Origin: an uncultured Acidimicrobiales bacterium
GTDB lineage: Bacteria; Actinomycetota; Acidimicrobiia; Acidimicrobiales; CADCSY01
DNA length: 64,000 nt
Direction of reading: 5' to 3'
Assembly: GCA_902805555.1 (NCBI GenBank)
Contig: CADCSY010000043.1
Span: 1,028 to 65,027, forward strand
Shown here: positions 27,682-36,595 of the stretch, piece by piece
Position numbering within the stretch: the stretch's first letter is position 1
Layout of the letters: each line of letters opens with the position of its first letter
Notes under the pieces: generated by a model
The model's input: the letters and a program-made list of their open reading frames with translations, nothing else
What the model was told of the DNA's origin: nothing
The model's database searches: none
Position numbers and translations under genes: made by a program

Positions 27682-28647
27682 ATGGCTCGACACGGCATGA
27701 CGATCCCGTTCGACGGTGTCCCCCTCAGCGAGCACGGTGCGCTGTTCGGGGAGCTCGCCGACCTCGGCTACACCGACCTCTGGTCGAGCGAGGCCAACGG
27801 CACCGACGCCTTCACACCGCTGGCGCTGGCCTCGGTGCACGCCCCGAGCGTGCGCCTCGGCACCGCCATCGTCCCCGCCTACACCCGGGGCCCCGGCCTC
27901 ATGGCGATGAGCGTGGCGTCACTGGCCGAGGCAGCGCCCGGTCGGGTCGCCTTCGGCATCGGGACCTCCAGCAACGTGATCGTCGAGCGCTGGAACGCCA
28001 TCCCGTTCGAGAAGCCCTACCAGCAGACGAGGGACATGGTGCGGTTCCTGCGGGCGGCGCTGGCGGGCGAGAAGGTCAGCGAGGACTACGAGTCCTTCGC
28101 CGTCAAGGGCTTCAAGCTCGGTCGGGTGCCTGCCGTCCAGCCGCAGATCCTGGTGGCGGCGCTCCAGGAGGGGATGCTCCGGCTGGCCGGGCGGGAGTCC
28201 GACGGGGCGATCATCAACTGGCTGTCCGCCGAGGACGTGGCGACGGTGGCGCCGATCGTGCAGGCCGCAGGTGACGGCTCCCCGAAGGAGGTGGTGGCCC
28301 GCATCTTCGTCTGCCCCTCCACCGACACCGACGCCGTGCGGGGCATGGCCCGGTTCGCCATCGCTGCGTACCTCAACGTCCCGGTGTACGCCGCCTTCCA
28401 CCAGTGGCTGGGCCGGGGGGAGCGCCTCCAGGGGATGTGGGACGCCTGGCAGGCCGGGGACCGCAAGGCGGCGACCGCGGCGATCCCCGACGACGTCGTC
28501 GACGAGCTCATCGTCCACGGGTCGCCCGAGGCCTGCCGGGAGCACATCGAGCGCTACCACGAGAACGGCGTGACCACGAGCGCCGTGGCGATCATGCCGT
28601 TCGGGATCGACGTGGTGCAGGCGGCCAGGGAGCTCGCCCCCCGCTGA
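27682..28647 (+). CDS. Luciferase-like monooxygenase (LLM) class, probably F420-dependent oxidoreductase
   Basis: TIM-barrel LLM patterns (LGYTDLWSSE, RLGTAIVP, GIGTSS). F420 dependence is inferred from the taxon and family only. Confidence 0.75.
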   Translation: MARHGMTIPFDGVPLSEHGALFGELADLGYTDLWSSEANGTDAFTPLALASVHAPSVRLGTAIVPAYTRGPGLMAMSVASLAEAAPGRVAFGIGTSSNVIVERWNAIPFEKPYQQTRDMVRFLRAALAGEKVSEDYESFAVKGFKLGRVPAVQPQILVAALQEGMLRLAGRESDGAIINWLSAEDVATVAPIVQAAGDGSPKEVVARIFVCPSTDTDAVRGMARFAIAAYLNVPVYAAFHQWLGRGERLQGMWDAWQAGDRKAATAAIPDDVVDELIVHGSPEACREHIERYHENGVTTSAVAIMPFGIDVVQAARELAPR

Positions 28648-28704
28648 CGCAGGTCACTCGTTGGTCGGCCCAGCGGCCCAGCGGCCCACCGGCGGATCGC
28701 TCCG

Positions 28705-28968
28705 CTACGCAGCCAGGGGCATGGGCTCGGGGTGCTCGTCGCCCGTGCACCCGCAGCCCAGGTCGGTGCAGGGGATCCACCACTCGTGCAGGTCCTCCCG
28801 GCCCTCGCACTGGACGGCCTCGTCGCAGTGGACGCTCCCGTCGGCGTGCAGGACGAGCGTGGCGTGGCAGTGGTGGTGGTCGGTCGAGCACTGCGGGCAG
28901 GCGGGGACGGCGACGCGCTGGAGGGTGGTGACGGGGGTGGACCGGGGGAGCAGGTTCGTGAAGCGCAT
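28705..28968 (-). CDS. Cys/His-rich miniprotein (87 aa), probable metal-binding, unknown family
   Basis: The second Met of ORF 28705..29022 is used as start, and third-position GC is very high. The product has 8 Cys and 8 His: ACPQCSTDHHHCH...VHCDEAVQCEG...IPCTDLGCGC...DEH. Confidence 0.6.
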   Translation of the reverse strand: MRFTNLLPRSTPVTTLQRVAVPACPQCSTDHHHCHATLVLHADGSVHCDEAVQCEGREDLHEWWIPCTDLGCGCTGDEHPEPMPLAA

Positions 28969-29023
28969 GGCCACAGGATGGGGAGGGGGTGTGACACCCG
29001 GTCGCGCGAAGGCCGACGCCACG

Positions 29024-31654
29024 TCACCGGAACCGCTCCTGGACGACGTCGACGAGGCGCCGGCCGGACTCGAGGGGCCCGAGCTGCGCCCGCTCGAGGG
29101 CCACGCCTGCGCCGAGGAGCGTGGCGCCGCCGAGGGCGAGCCAGGCCCAGGTCGGCACGCTCGCCGTGACGCCGAGGCTCTCGTGCACGGCCAGGGCTGC
29201 GAGCACGCCGCTCCCGAGCACGAGCGGCGCAGCCAGTCTCCACGTGCCGCCGGCGACCACGGCCGCCACGCCGACGACGCCGACGACCAGGGCGTGGCCG
29301 CCGGAGCCCCCCGCCAGGCGCTCGGCGAGGCCGGCTCCCCCGAGGAGGGCGATGGCGGGACCGGTGGTGACCCAGGAGCTGGCCGCCTCCCGGCTGCGCC
29401 AGCCGGTCAGCAGGAGCAGGGCAGCGACGGGGAGGAGGTAGGGCTCGCTGATCGACACGTCGGCATCGACGAGGCGTCCCCACGTGCCGAGCGTGAGCGC
29501 CACCCCACCGGCGACGGCCACGTCGGGCCGACGCACGGCGAGGCCGGCCACCGCCGAGGCGATGCCCAGCACGAGCAGGGCGTCGGCCACCGCCACCTGG
29601 TCACGGGCGGCGAGCAGGAGCCCGAGCGCAGCGAGGGTGGCGCTGCTGGCGCCGACCGGGAGCCACCACCTCCTCGACAGGAGCGAGGTGAGGGCGGCGA
29701 CCACCACCGCGCCCATCGCGAGGCCGACCCCGATCCGCGGGCCCGTGAGCCCGGCGACCAGACCGGTCGTCACGACGAGGACCGGGAGTGAACCGGCCAG
29801 GCCGAGGGTCGACGCGGGCTGGTCGAGGTGCCAGGCGTCGTGGACGAGCAGTGCGGTGAGGAGGGCGGCGGCGGCGAGCGCTGCATCGGTGCCGACGGCG
29901 CCACAGGCGCTGACGACGAGGGCCGCTGCCACGAGGCGGACGGCGACCCCAGGATCGAGCGGGTGGGTGCCGCCGCCGGCCGCACCGCCTCGGGGGTCGG
30001 CGGCCAGGGCGACGAGCCAGGCGAGGCCGACCGAGCCGGCGAGCACGAGGTCGGGGGGCCAGGCGACCCAGGCTGCGGATGCGCCGGCGACCGCCAGGGG
30101 CACGAGCGTCACGACTGCCAGCAGCCAGGTGCCGGGGTCGACCGGCCGCCGTTGCGAGGTCGCGAGATCGGTGCGCCACCGCACGGCGCGTGCCAGGAGC
30201 ATGCTCCCGCCGACGCCGACGACGGCCAGGCACGCCAGCACGAGCGAGGTGTGGTCGACCGGCAGCCAGGAGGGTGATGCGTCACCCACCGAGGAGGTGC
30301 CTGCGAGTCGCTCGGGCGGCCCGCCGAGGGCGGCCAGCGGCGCCAGGGTGGTCAGCACCGCAGCCGCGCCGGCGGCCAGGGGCCGCCCCCCGAGCAGCAG
30401 CAGCGCGGCCGTGGCCGTGAGCGCCACTGCTGCCACTGGCCCTGATCCCGTGGCCAGCAGGACGGTTGCGGGAGCACATGCCGCGATGCCGAGGGTGGCG
30501 AAGGGGACGCGGCCGCCGAGGAGCAGGGCGAGCGACACCGGCGTCCCCCTCCCCGCCCGGCGCCTGAGGTCGGCCACGAGCCACGTGGCCGTGAGGAGTC
30601 CGGTCATCATCGCTCCCTGGGCCCAGTGGAGGGCGACGACGGGCGCGAACAGGAGGAAGCCGGCAGCGGCCACGGTTCCGGGGACGGCGAGCACCTCGGC
30701 GACCGCAGCCAGGTGGTCAGAGGGGCGTGACCAGAAGGTGTCGTCCCGCAGCAGCAGGGCACCCACCTCGAGGGCCGCCAGGAGCGCGCAGCACCCCACC
30801 AGCCAGGACCAGCCGCCGACGCCGTGGTCCGTGCCGCTCACGACTGCGCCGGTGGTGAAGGAGGCGATGGCGAGGTGGGCGAGCGCCGGGTCGAGCCGAT
30901 CCCGGGCGACGAGCCCGAGCACCCCGGCTGCTGCAGCACCGGTGAGCAGGCCGGCGAGGGACGCCTGACCTCCGGCGAGCCCGAGCTGCTCCAGCACCCC
31001 GGGAGCGAGGCCGGTGGCGTCCAGGAGGATCCCGGCGACGGGTCCGAGGCCGGCCACGGCGGCCCACGGGACCGCTGCGTCGGTGCGTCGGGCGGCGAGG
31101 GCCGCGGCCGAGGCGGCGACGAGGACCACCGGCGCAGGCACCGGAGTCGTGGCGCCCACACCAGCCGCCGCCAGCACCACGGCGGCGGCGGCGGCCCACC
31201 ACAGCACCCGGGACCGCTCGGCCCGGGCGGCCAGGCTGAAGGTGGCCGTGCACGCCAGCCCCTCGACGAGGAGCAGCTCCCGCCAGCCGAGCTCCGCCCG
31301 CACCGCCAGGGCGGCGACGTCCACCGGCACCAGGAAGGCACCGAGGTGGTAGAGCGCGCCTGCCGTTGCCGGCAGGCTCTGGCGGAGGCGCCGCCCGGCG
31401 ACGAGGAACGCGCCGGTCAGGGCGGCGATGGCGCCGAGCTTCGCCGACGCCGGGATCTGGTCCCAGCGCACCGCGACGAAGACGGCGGCGGCCGCGAGGA
31501 GGAGCAGCGCGCCGGTCCCCGTGACCCAGACGGCACCGGTGCGGGAGGGGTCGCCCCCCGCTCGAGGCCGGTCGTCGGGGGCCTCGCCCGGGGTGCGGGG
31601 CGGGGCGGGGGGCTCCGGTGGTGCGGCGTCCGTGGCGTGACGGGTGGAGGTCAT
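29024..31654 (-). CDS. Large polytopic integral membrane protein (876 aa, more than 20 predicted TM helices)
   Basis: Pro-rich cytoplasmic N-terminus followed by almost uninterrupted Ala/Leu/Gly/Val-rich helices. The C-terminal part (VSISEPYLLPVAALLLLTGWRSR...SSWVTTGPAIALLGG) resembles the actinobacterial 'SCO7613 C-terminal domain' membrane proteins as I remember them. Confidence 0.75.
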   Translation of the reverse strand: MTSTRHATDAAPPEPPAPPRTPGEAPDDRPRAGGDPSRTGAVWVTGTGALLLLAAAAVFVAVRWDQIPASAKLGAIAALTGAFLVAGRRLRQSLPATAGALYHLGAFLVPVDVAALAVRAELGWRELLLVEGLACTATFSLAARAERSRVLWWAAAAAVVLAAAGVGATTPVPAPVVLVAASAAALAARRTDAAVPWAAVAGLGPVAGILLDATGLAPGVLEQLGLAGGQASLAGLLTGAAAAGVLGLVARDRLDPALAHLAIASFTTGAVVSGTDHGVGGWSWLVGCCALLAALEVGALLLRDDTFWSRPSDHLAAVAEVLAVPGTVAAAGFLLFAPVVALHWAQGAMMTGLLTATWLVADLRRRAGRGTPVSLALLLGGRVPFATLGIAACAPATVLLATGSGPVAAVALTATAALLLLGGRPLAAGAAAVLTTLAPLAALGGPPERLAGTSSVGDASPSWLPVDHTSLVLACLAVVGVGGSMLLARAVRWRTDLATSQRRPVDPGTWLLAVVTLVPLAVAGASAAWVAWPPDLVLAGSVGLAWLVALAADPRGGAAGGGTHPLDPGVAVRLVAAALVVSACGAVGTDAALAAAALLTALLVHDAWHLDQPASTLGLAGSLPVLVVTTGLVAGLTGPRIGVGLAMGAVVVAALTSLLSRRWWLPVGASSATLAALGLLLAARDQVAVADALLVLGIASAVAGLAVRRPDVAVAGGVALTLGTWGRLVDADVSISEPYLLPVAALLLLTGWRSREAASSWVTTGPAIALLGGAGLAERLAGGSGGHALVVGVVGVAAVVAGGTWRLAAPLVLGSGVLAALAVHESLGVTASVPTWAWLALGGATLLGAGVALERAQLGPLESGRRLVDVVQERFR

Positions 31655-31752
31655 GGCCCAACCATCAGCCCCGGGATGGGGCCGGGGTACCCGGGGAACC
31701 CCTCACTCGCGCCCGGGGCGACCCGGAGCGTGGGGACCAGGTCGTGCGGGCG

Positions 31753-32385
31753 CTACTCGATCCCGTGGTCGAGCGCGTAGCGGACGAGCTCCTGACGCCG
31801 GTTCAGGTGGAGCTTGCCGAGGATGTTGCGGACGTGGTTCTCCACCGTCTTCTCGGCGATGAACAGGGCCTCGCCGATCTCCCGGTACGTGTGGCCCCTG
31901 GCCACGTACTGGAGCACCTCTCGCTCGCGGGCCGAGAGCACCTGGACCGGACCCGACGCCTGGGCCATGCGCCGGAACTCCCCGAGGACGAGCGAGGCGA
32001 GGGCCGGCGAGAACACCGGCTCGCCGTGGGCCGCCCGCCACAGGCCGGTGCGGAGCTCCTCGGGCGGCGTCGACTTCACGAGGTACCCGACCGCGCCGGC
32101 CGCGACGGCGTCGAGCAGGTCGCGCTCGGCCTCCGAGACCGTGAGCATGACGATCCTCGTGCGCTCGCCACAGGCCTTGGCCACCGCGATGCCGCCGCCG
32201 CCCGGCATGCGCAGGTCGCAGACGACGAGGTCGGGCGACGTGCGCTCGATGACGGCGATCGCCTCGGGCGCGTCGGCCGCCTCGCCGACCACGTGGAAGT
32301 TCGAGCCGAGGTCCGCCCGGACCCCCGACCGCCAGATGGGGTGGTCGTCGGCCAGGACGACCCGCACGGCCCGCAGGTCGCTCAT
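31753..32385 (-). CDS. Two-component response regulator, NarL/LuxR family
   Basis: The start is MSDLRAVRVVLADDHP. The receiver has a phospho-Asp context (DLVVCDLRMPG). The C-terminal HTH is LSAREREVLQYVARGHTYREIGEALFIAEKTVENHVRNILGKL. Confidence 0.9.
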   Translation of the reverse strand: MSDLRAVRVVLADDHPIWRSGVRADLGSNFHVVGEAADAPEAIAVIERTSPDLVVCDLRMPGGGGIAVAKACGERTRIVMLTVSEAERDLLDAVAAGAVGYLVKSTPPEELRTGLWRAAHGEPVFSPALASLVLGEFRRMAQASGPVQVLSAREREVLQYVARGHTYREIGEALFIAEKTVENHVRNILGKLHLNRRQELVRYALDHGIE

Positions 32386-32475
32386 GTCGTCCGCTCCTGG
32401 CCTGCGGCCGGGCCGCTCGGGCCACGCTCGCTCATGGCGTCTGGCCTCGGGCTGCGGCCGGGACCACACGCTTGC

Positions 32476-33324
32476 TCACGCGCACCAGCCTGGCCTGTCG
32501 GCGCCTGCGACCTCGTCCAGCCAGGAGAGGACCGGTTCCCGCCACCCGGCTGCGCTCCGGTACGACACGAGCTCGTCGTCCCAGGACCGGATCGCCCCCG
32601 CCATCGCAGCGGCCAGGTCCGGTCGGTGGCCGAGGACGGCCAGTGGCGCCTGCTGCGTGCGGATCGTGAAGAGGATGGCGCCAGTCGCGGGGAGGCGGCG
32701 CAGGACCTGGCGCTCGGAGCGGAGCCACAGGTCGTCCGGGGCGGACGGGTCAGGTCGCGGCGGCGGGGGGTCCGGCAGGTGGAGCTCGGGCGAGTCGTGC
32801 ACGAGCCAGTTGCGCCGCCAGGTGGGGCGCTCCGGTCGCAGCCGGTCGAGGAAGCGGTCGACCCGCGCCGCGAGCTCCGCTTCGTACGCCGGCACCGGCC
32901 CGTGGACTGCGGTCACGTGGAGGCCGAGCTTGTCCGGGAGCCGCCAGATCGACGGGAAGCAGACGACGCCGGCCACCAGCACCCAGCCCTCGTCACCACG
33001 GCTGAGCACGCAGAGGTCCTCCTGCACGAGCAGCGCCGCTGCCTCGAGGGGCTCGCGGTGCGGAACGAGGGGCTCCCCGACGGCGGCGGCGACGAGCTGC
33101 GCTGCCTCCGCCGCGGCCTCCTCTGCGCCCGGGCGGGAGCAGGCCACGACGTCGCCGGCGCTGCCGAGCAACGCCTGCTTGCGTGCCAGGTCGGCCATGC
33201 GCTCCTCGTCGGGGACGAGCCAGCGGCCCTCCGGCAGGGCGCGGGTCCCCATGGCGTGCCATGGCGGGCCGGGCTCGAACGAGAGCTCGTCCAGCCACGG
33301 CACGGCCTGCGTCCCACCCCTCAT
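32476..33324 (-). CDS. DUF3445 (heme-dependent oxidative N-demethylase alpha-like) family protein
   Basis: The ATG at 33324 overlaps the kinase stop (ATGA). The 282-aa product carries patterns I associate with PF11927 (LLVQEDLCVL, CFPSIWRLPDKLG, LRSERQVLRRLPATGAILFTIRTQ). The upstream 264 codons of ORF 32476..34116 are artefact. Confidence 0.7.
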   Translation of the reverse strand: MRGGTQAVPWLDELSFEPGPPWHAMGTRALPEGRWLVPDEERMADLARKQALLGSAGDVVACSRPGAEEAAAEAAQLVAAAVGEPLVPHREPLEAAALLVQEDLCVLSRGDEGWVLVAGVVCFPSIWRLPDKLGLHVTAVHGPVPAYEAELAARVDRFLDRLRPERPTWRRNWLVHDSPELHLPDPPPPRPDPSAPDDLWLRSERQVLRRLPATGAILFTIRTQQAPLAVLGHRPDLAAAMAGAIRSWDDELVSYRSAAGWREPVLSWLDEVAGADRPGWCA

Positions 33325-34427
33325 GCCGGCACCCAGAGCCGGACCTCGGCGCCGTGCCCCGGGTTGCCGTCGACGACCACCTCGCCGTCGACCTCGGCCA
33401 GGCGGCCGCGCACCGACCGTTGCAACCCGACGCCCTCGGTGACCGTGCTGTGCTCGAAGCCGACGCCGTCGTCCTTGACGGAGCAGAGCACGCCGCCCCG
33501 CTCCTCGTCGGGGGCGGCGTAGACCGTCACCCGGGACGCGCTGCCGTGCTTGCCGGCGTTGGCCAGCGCCTCGGCCACGGCTCCGCCCAGCGCCTCCACG
33601 ACCTGGGGGGCGAGGGCGGCGACGTCGGCATCCACCACGACCCGGGCGCTGGCGCCGTAGCGGTCCTCGAACTGGGCCGCGGCGGCCCGAAGCCGCACGC
33701 CGAGGTCGCCGCCCCCCACGGCGACCCCGGTGCCGAACAGGTACTCCCGCAGCTCCCGCTCCTGGTCGCGGGCGAGTCGGGCGAGCTCGGGGTCGCCCGA
33801 CCTGCGCTGCACGACTGCGAGGCACTGCAGCACGCCGTCGTGCAGCGTGCGAGCCACCTCCTCGCGGGCCTGCACCACCGAGATCCGCCTCTCGGCCTCC
33901 CGCAGCTTCCCGGTAGCGAAGCCCGCGATCCCGCCGGCCAAGGCGTAGAGGACGATCGTTGAAAGGGCGGAGATCGTCGCGTCGTCCTGCCACCCGCTGC
34001 CGCTCGCCTCGACCACCGCGCCGACGAGGCGACCGAGGCCGACGAGCACCCCGGCTGCGGCGCCTCCCCGTCCGGCCCAGGCGATCCCCGCGGTGAGGAT
34101 CCCCGCCAGCGGCCATGCCGAGCCGAGTGACTGGGGGTGGGGCCCGGCGTACGCGACGCCGTCGCCGATCGACAGCGCCACTGCCACCGCCACCTCGACG
34201 GCGATGAGGGGCGGCGAGAGGAGGCGGCCGGGGCCGTCACGCAGCACGAGGGTGGCGAGGACGGTGACGGCAAGCGCAGCGGCGGCCAGCCCCACCGCCA
34301 GGAGGGGGACGTCGAGCTCCTCCCTCGTCAGGAGCAGGACCGTCGCCAGCCACGCCCAGGCCACCCACCGGAACCCGGCCAGCCCGGTGAGGAGACCCCG
34401 GACGAGCGCGTCCTCCTCGTTGCGCAC
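33321..34427 (-). CDS. Membrane sensor histidine kinase (HisKA_3 / NarX-DesK type)
   Basis: About 5 N-terminal TM helices. The dimerisation/phospho-His box is EEVARTLHDGVLQ. HATPase_c boxes are EALANAGKHG (N), VKDDGVGF (G1) and GVGLQ (G2). No cytoplasmic sensor domain is recognisable. Confidence 0.85.
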   Translation of the reverse strand: MRNEEDALVRGLLTGLAGFRWVAWAWLATVLLLTREELDVPLLAVGLAAAALAVTVLATLVLRDGPGRLLSPPLIAVEVAVAVALSIGDGVAYAGPHPQSLGSAWPLAGILTAGIAWAGRGGAAAGVLVGLGRLVGAVVEASGSGWQDDATISALSTIVLYALAGGIAGFATGKLREAERRISVVQAREEVARTLHDGVLQCLAVVQRRSGDPELARLARDQERELREYLFGTGVAVGGGDLGVRLRAAAAQFEDRYGASARVVVDADVAALAPQVVEALGGAVAEALANAGKHGSASRVTVYAAPDEERGGVLCSVKDDGVGFEHSTVTEGVGLQRSVRGRLAEVDGEVVVDGNPGHGAEVRLWVPA

Positions 34428-34487
34428 GCCGCCAGCATGCCCGAGTGCCCTCCGTGGCCACCGCCCGCCGCCGCTGCTGCCTGCGGG

Positions 34488-35567
34488 TCAGGCGCCGTCG
34501 GCCAGGACGAGGGCGGCTCGGAGGTGCTCGACGTGGTCGGCCGGCTTGGTGTGGGCGTTGAGCCCGCTGGTGCTCGGCATCACGTACGCGGGGACGCCGC
34601 CGAAGGGTCGGGGCTGGTGACCCGGGACCGCCCGCCGGTCGACCGCGACGCGCCACCCGGTCAGGCCGACGAAGCAGATCGCCCTCGGACGCAGCCAGGC
34701 GCAGAGGCGCCGGACCCGGGCGATGCCGGCGACGTACTCGTCGACGTCGAGCTCGGCAGCCGCCACCGTGGCCCGCTTCACGATGTCGGTCATGCCCATC
34801 CCGTGGTGGCGGAGGGCGTGCTGCGGGTCCCGCGGCCGGGAGGCGGCGCCGGCGGCCCTCGCGGCCGGCCAGAAGCGGTTGCCGGGTCGGGCGAAGCCGA
34901 CGCCGGCGTCGGCGGCGAGGACGCTCGGGTTGAGTCCGCACACGAGCAGGCGCATCCCGGGTCCCACCGTGTCGGCCAGCGTGCGGGCCCGCACGGCACG
35001 CAGGACGAGCCGTCGACCCTTGCCCTCCACCCGGTCCTCGACCTCGGTGACGGCGAAGCCGGCTCCGGTCGCCACGTCGGCGAGGCGCTCGGGCTCCCAC
35101 GACGCGAAGTAGCGGCCGCCGATGTCGTCGCCGGGCAGGTCGTGGCCCTCGTGGGCACCGCCGATCAGCCGGAGCTCGATCGGAGCCCCGACGGCCAGCG
35201 AGTGGTGCAGGTCGGCGAGCGCCAGCGGGAGCCGGGTGCTCGGGACGTGCAGGTAGCTCATGCTCGCCCAGCCGCCGCCGAGCGAGGCCCGCCGCAGCGG
35301 CAGCGCCTCCAGGTCGGCCTGCACGAGCAGTGCGCCAGGCGACGAGGTCCGGCACAGCCCGAGCATCGTCCTGGCGGCGTCGAGCGCGACGACCGGGGCA
35401 CCGAGCTCAGCGGCGTAGCGACCGGCGCCGCACCCGAGGTCGGCCCGCACCGCGCCCGCCGCCACCCGGTCGGCGAAGGCCTTCGCCTCGTCACGCCGCT
35501 CGGGTGAGCGGCGACTCGCCCAGGTCTCCCCCCGGGTCTCGTAGATCGCGACGGTGGAGCGGTCCAC
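34488..35567 (-). CDS. Fusion protein: class I SAM-dependent methyltransferase (N-terminal) plus Mug/TDG-family (family 2 UDG) DNA glycosylase (C-terminal)
   Basis: The N-terminal half has SAM motif I (ADLGCGAGRYAAEL) and VQADLEALP. The C-terminal half has Mug motifs LLVCGLNPS and YVMPSTSGLN. The start is uncertain: GTG at 35567 has GAGGA 10 nt upstream, alternatives are 35585 and 35618, and it must lie below the upstream stop at 35689. Confidence 0.75.
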   Translation of the reverse strand: MDRSTVAIYETRGETWASRRSPERRDEAKAFADRVAAGAVRADLGCGAGRYAAELGAPVVALDAARTMLGLCRTSSPGALLVQADLEALPLRRASLGGGWASMSYLHVPSTRLPLALADLHHSLAVGAPIELRLIGGAHEGHDLPGDDIGGRYFASWEPERLADVATGAGFAVTEVEDRVEGKGRRLVLRAVRARTLADTVGPGMRLLVCGLNPSVLAADAGVGFARPGNRFWPAARAAGAASRPRDPQHALRHHGMGMTDIVKRATVAAAELDVDEYVAGIARVRRLCAWLRPRAICFVGLTGWRVAVDRRAVPGHQPRPFGGVPAYVMPSTSGLNAHTKPADHVEHLRAALVLADGA

Positions 35568-35688
35568 TACCGGACGGTCCTCGACCCGAGGCCGGCCTGC
35601 ACCCGGCGGCACGTGCACCCGCCGATGCTCCGTGCACCTCGACGGGAGTGGCAGGCGCGGCCTTCCACCCGTGCCCGCAGCGTGATGG

Positions 35689-36528
35689 TCAGCCCCCGGC
35701 CCGCAGGCGAGCCTGGAACCGTCGCATGCCGCCGATCCAGCGATCGGGGTCGGCCGCCTTCTTGGCGTAGTAGCCACCGACCTCGGGGTGGGGGAGGATC
35801 AAGAACCGCTCGGCCGCGATGCCGGCCACCACGGCGTCGGCCACCTGCGCAGGCGTGAGCACCGCACCGGCGGCCAGCACCGAGCTCTGGCCGGCCTCGT
35901 CCCCGCTGGGGGGCGCGGCCCCGTCCGCGATCGCGTCCGCGTCGTCGCCGAGCAGCATGCGGGTGGCCACGCCCTGCGGGCACAGGCAGCTCACCTTGAT
36001 CCCGTCGTCGCCGTGGGTGACGGCCAACCACTCGGCCAGGGCCACGGCCGCGTGCTTCGTCACCGCATACGGCGCGGCCCCGAGGTTGGTCAGGAGCCCG
36101 GCAGCCGAGGCTGTGTTGAGGAGGTACCCGTCGCCCCGGGCCAGCATGGAGGGGAGCACCGCCCGGGCCGCGTAGACGTGGGCCATGAGGTTGACGTCCC
36201 AGATGCGCTGCCAGTCGGCGTCGGGCGCCTCGACCCCGCCGCCGATGGCGATGCCGGCGTTCGAGCAGAACAGGTCGACGGGCCCGAAGGCCTCGACGGT
36301 CGCGTCCACGAGCGCCTGCACCTCGGCCTCGACGCTGACGTCGCAGCGGATGGGGATGGCCCGCCCGCCAGCGTCGGTGATCGTCGCCACCGTGGCGTCG
36401 ATCCGGTCGGCCTCGAGGTCGGCGACCGCCACCCCGGCGGCCCCCTCGGCGGCGAAGCGGGTGGCGAGCGCCCTGCCGATGCCGCTCCCGCCCCCGGTGA
36501 CCACGACGACCTTGTCCCTGAGCTCCAC
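35689..36528 (-). CDS. SDR family oxidoreductase
   Basis: Motifs [17 protein letters not shown] and YAVTKHA in a 279-aa product. Confidence 0.85.
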   Translation of the reverse strand: MELRDKVVVVTGGGSGIGRALATRFAAEGAAGVAVADLEADRIDATVATITDAGGRAIPIRCDVSVEAEVQALVDATVEAFGPVDLFCSNAGIAIGGGVEAPDADWQRIWDVNLMAHVYAARAVLPSMLARGDGYLLNTASAAGLLTNLGAAPYAVTKHAAVALAEWLAVTHGDDGIKVSCLCPQGVATRMLLGDDADAIADGAAPPSGDEAGQSSVLAAGAVLTPAQVADAVVAGIAAERFLILPHPEVGGYYAKKAADPDRWIGGMRRFQARLRAGG

Positions 36529-36595
36529 GCCGCCGACCGTAGCCCGACCCCCTCGTCACCTCGTCTGGCGCTCGTCGGCGGGGGGAGGCCCGCCG

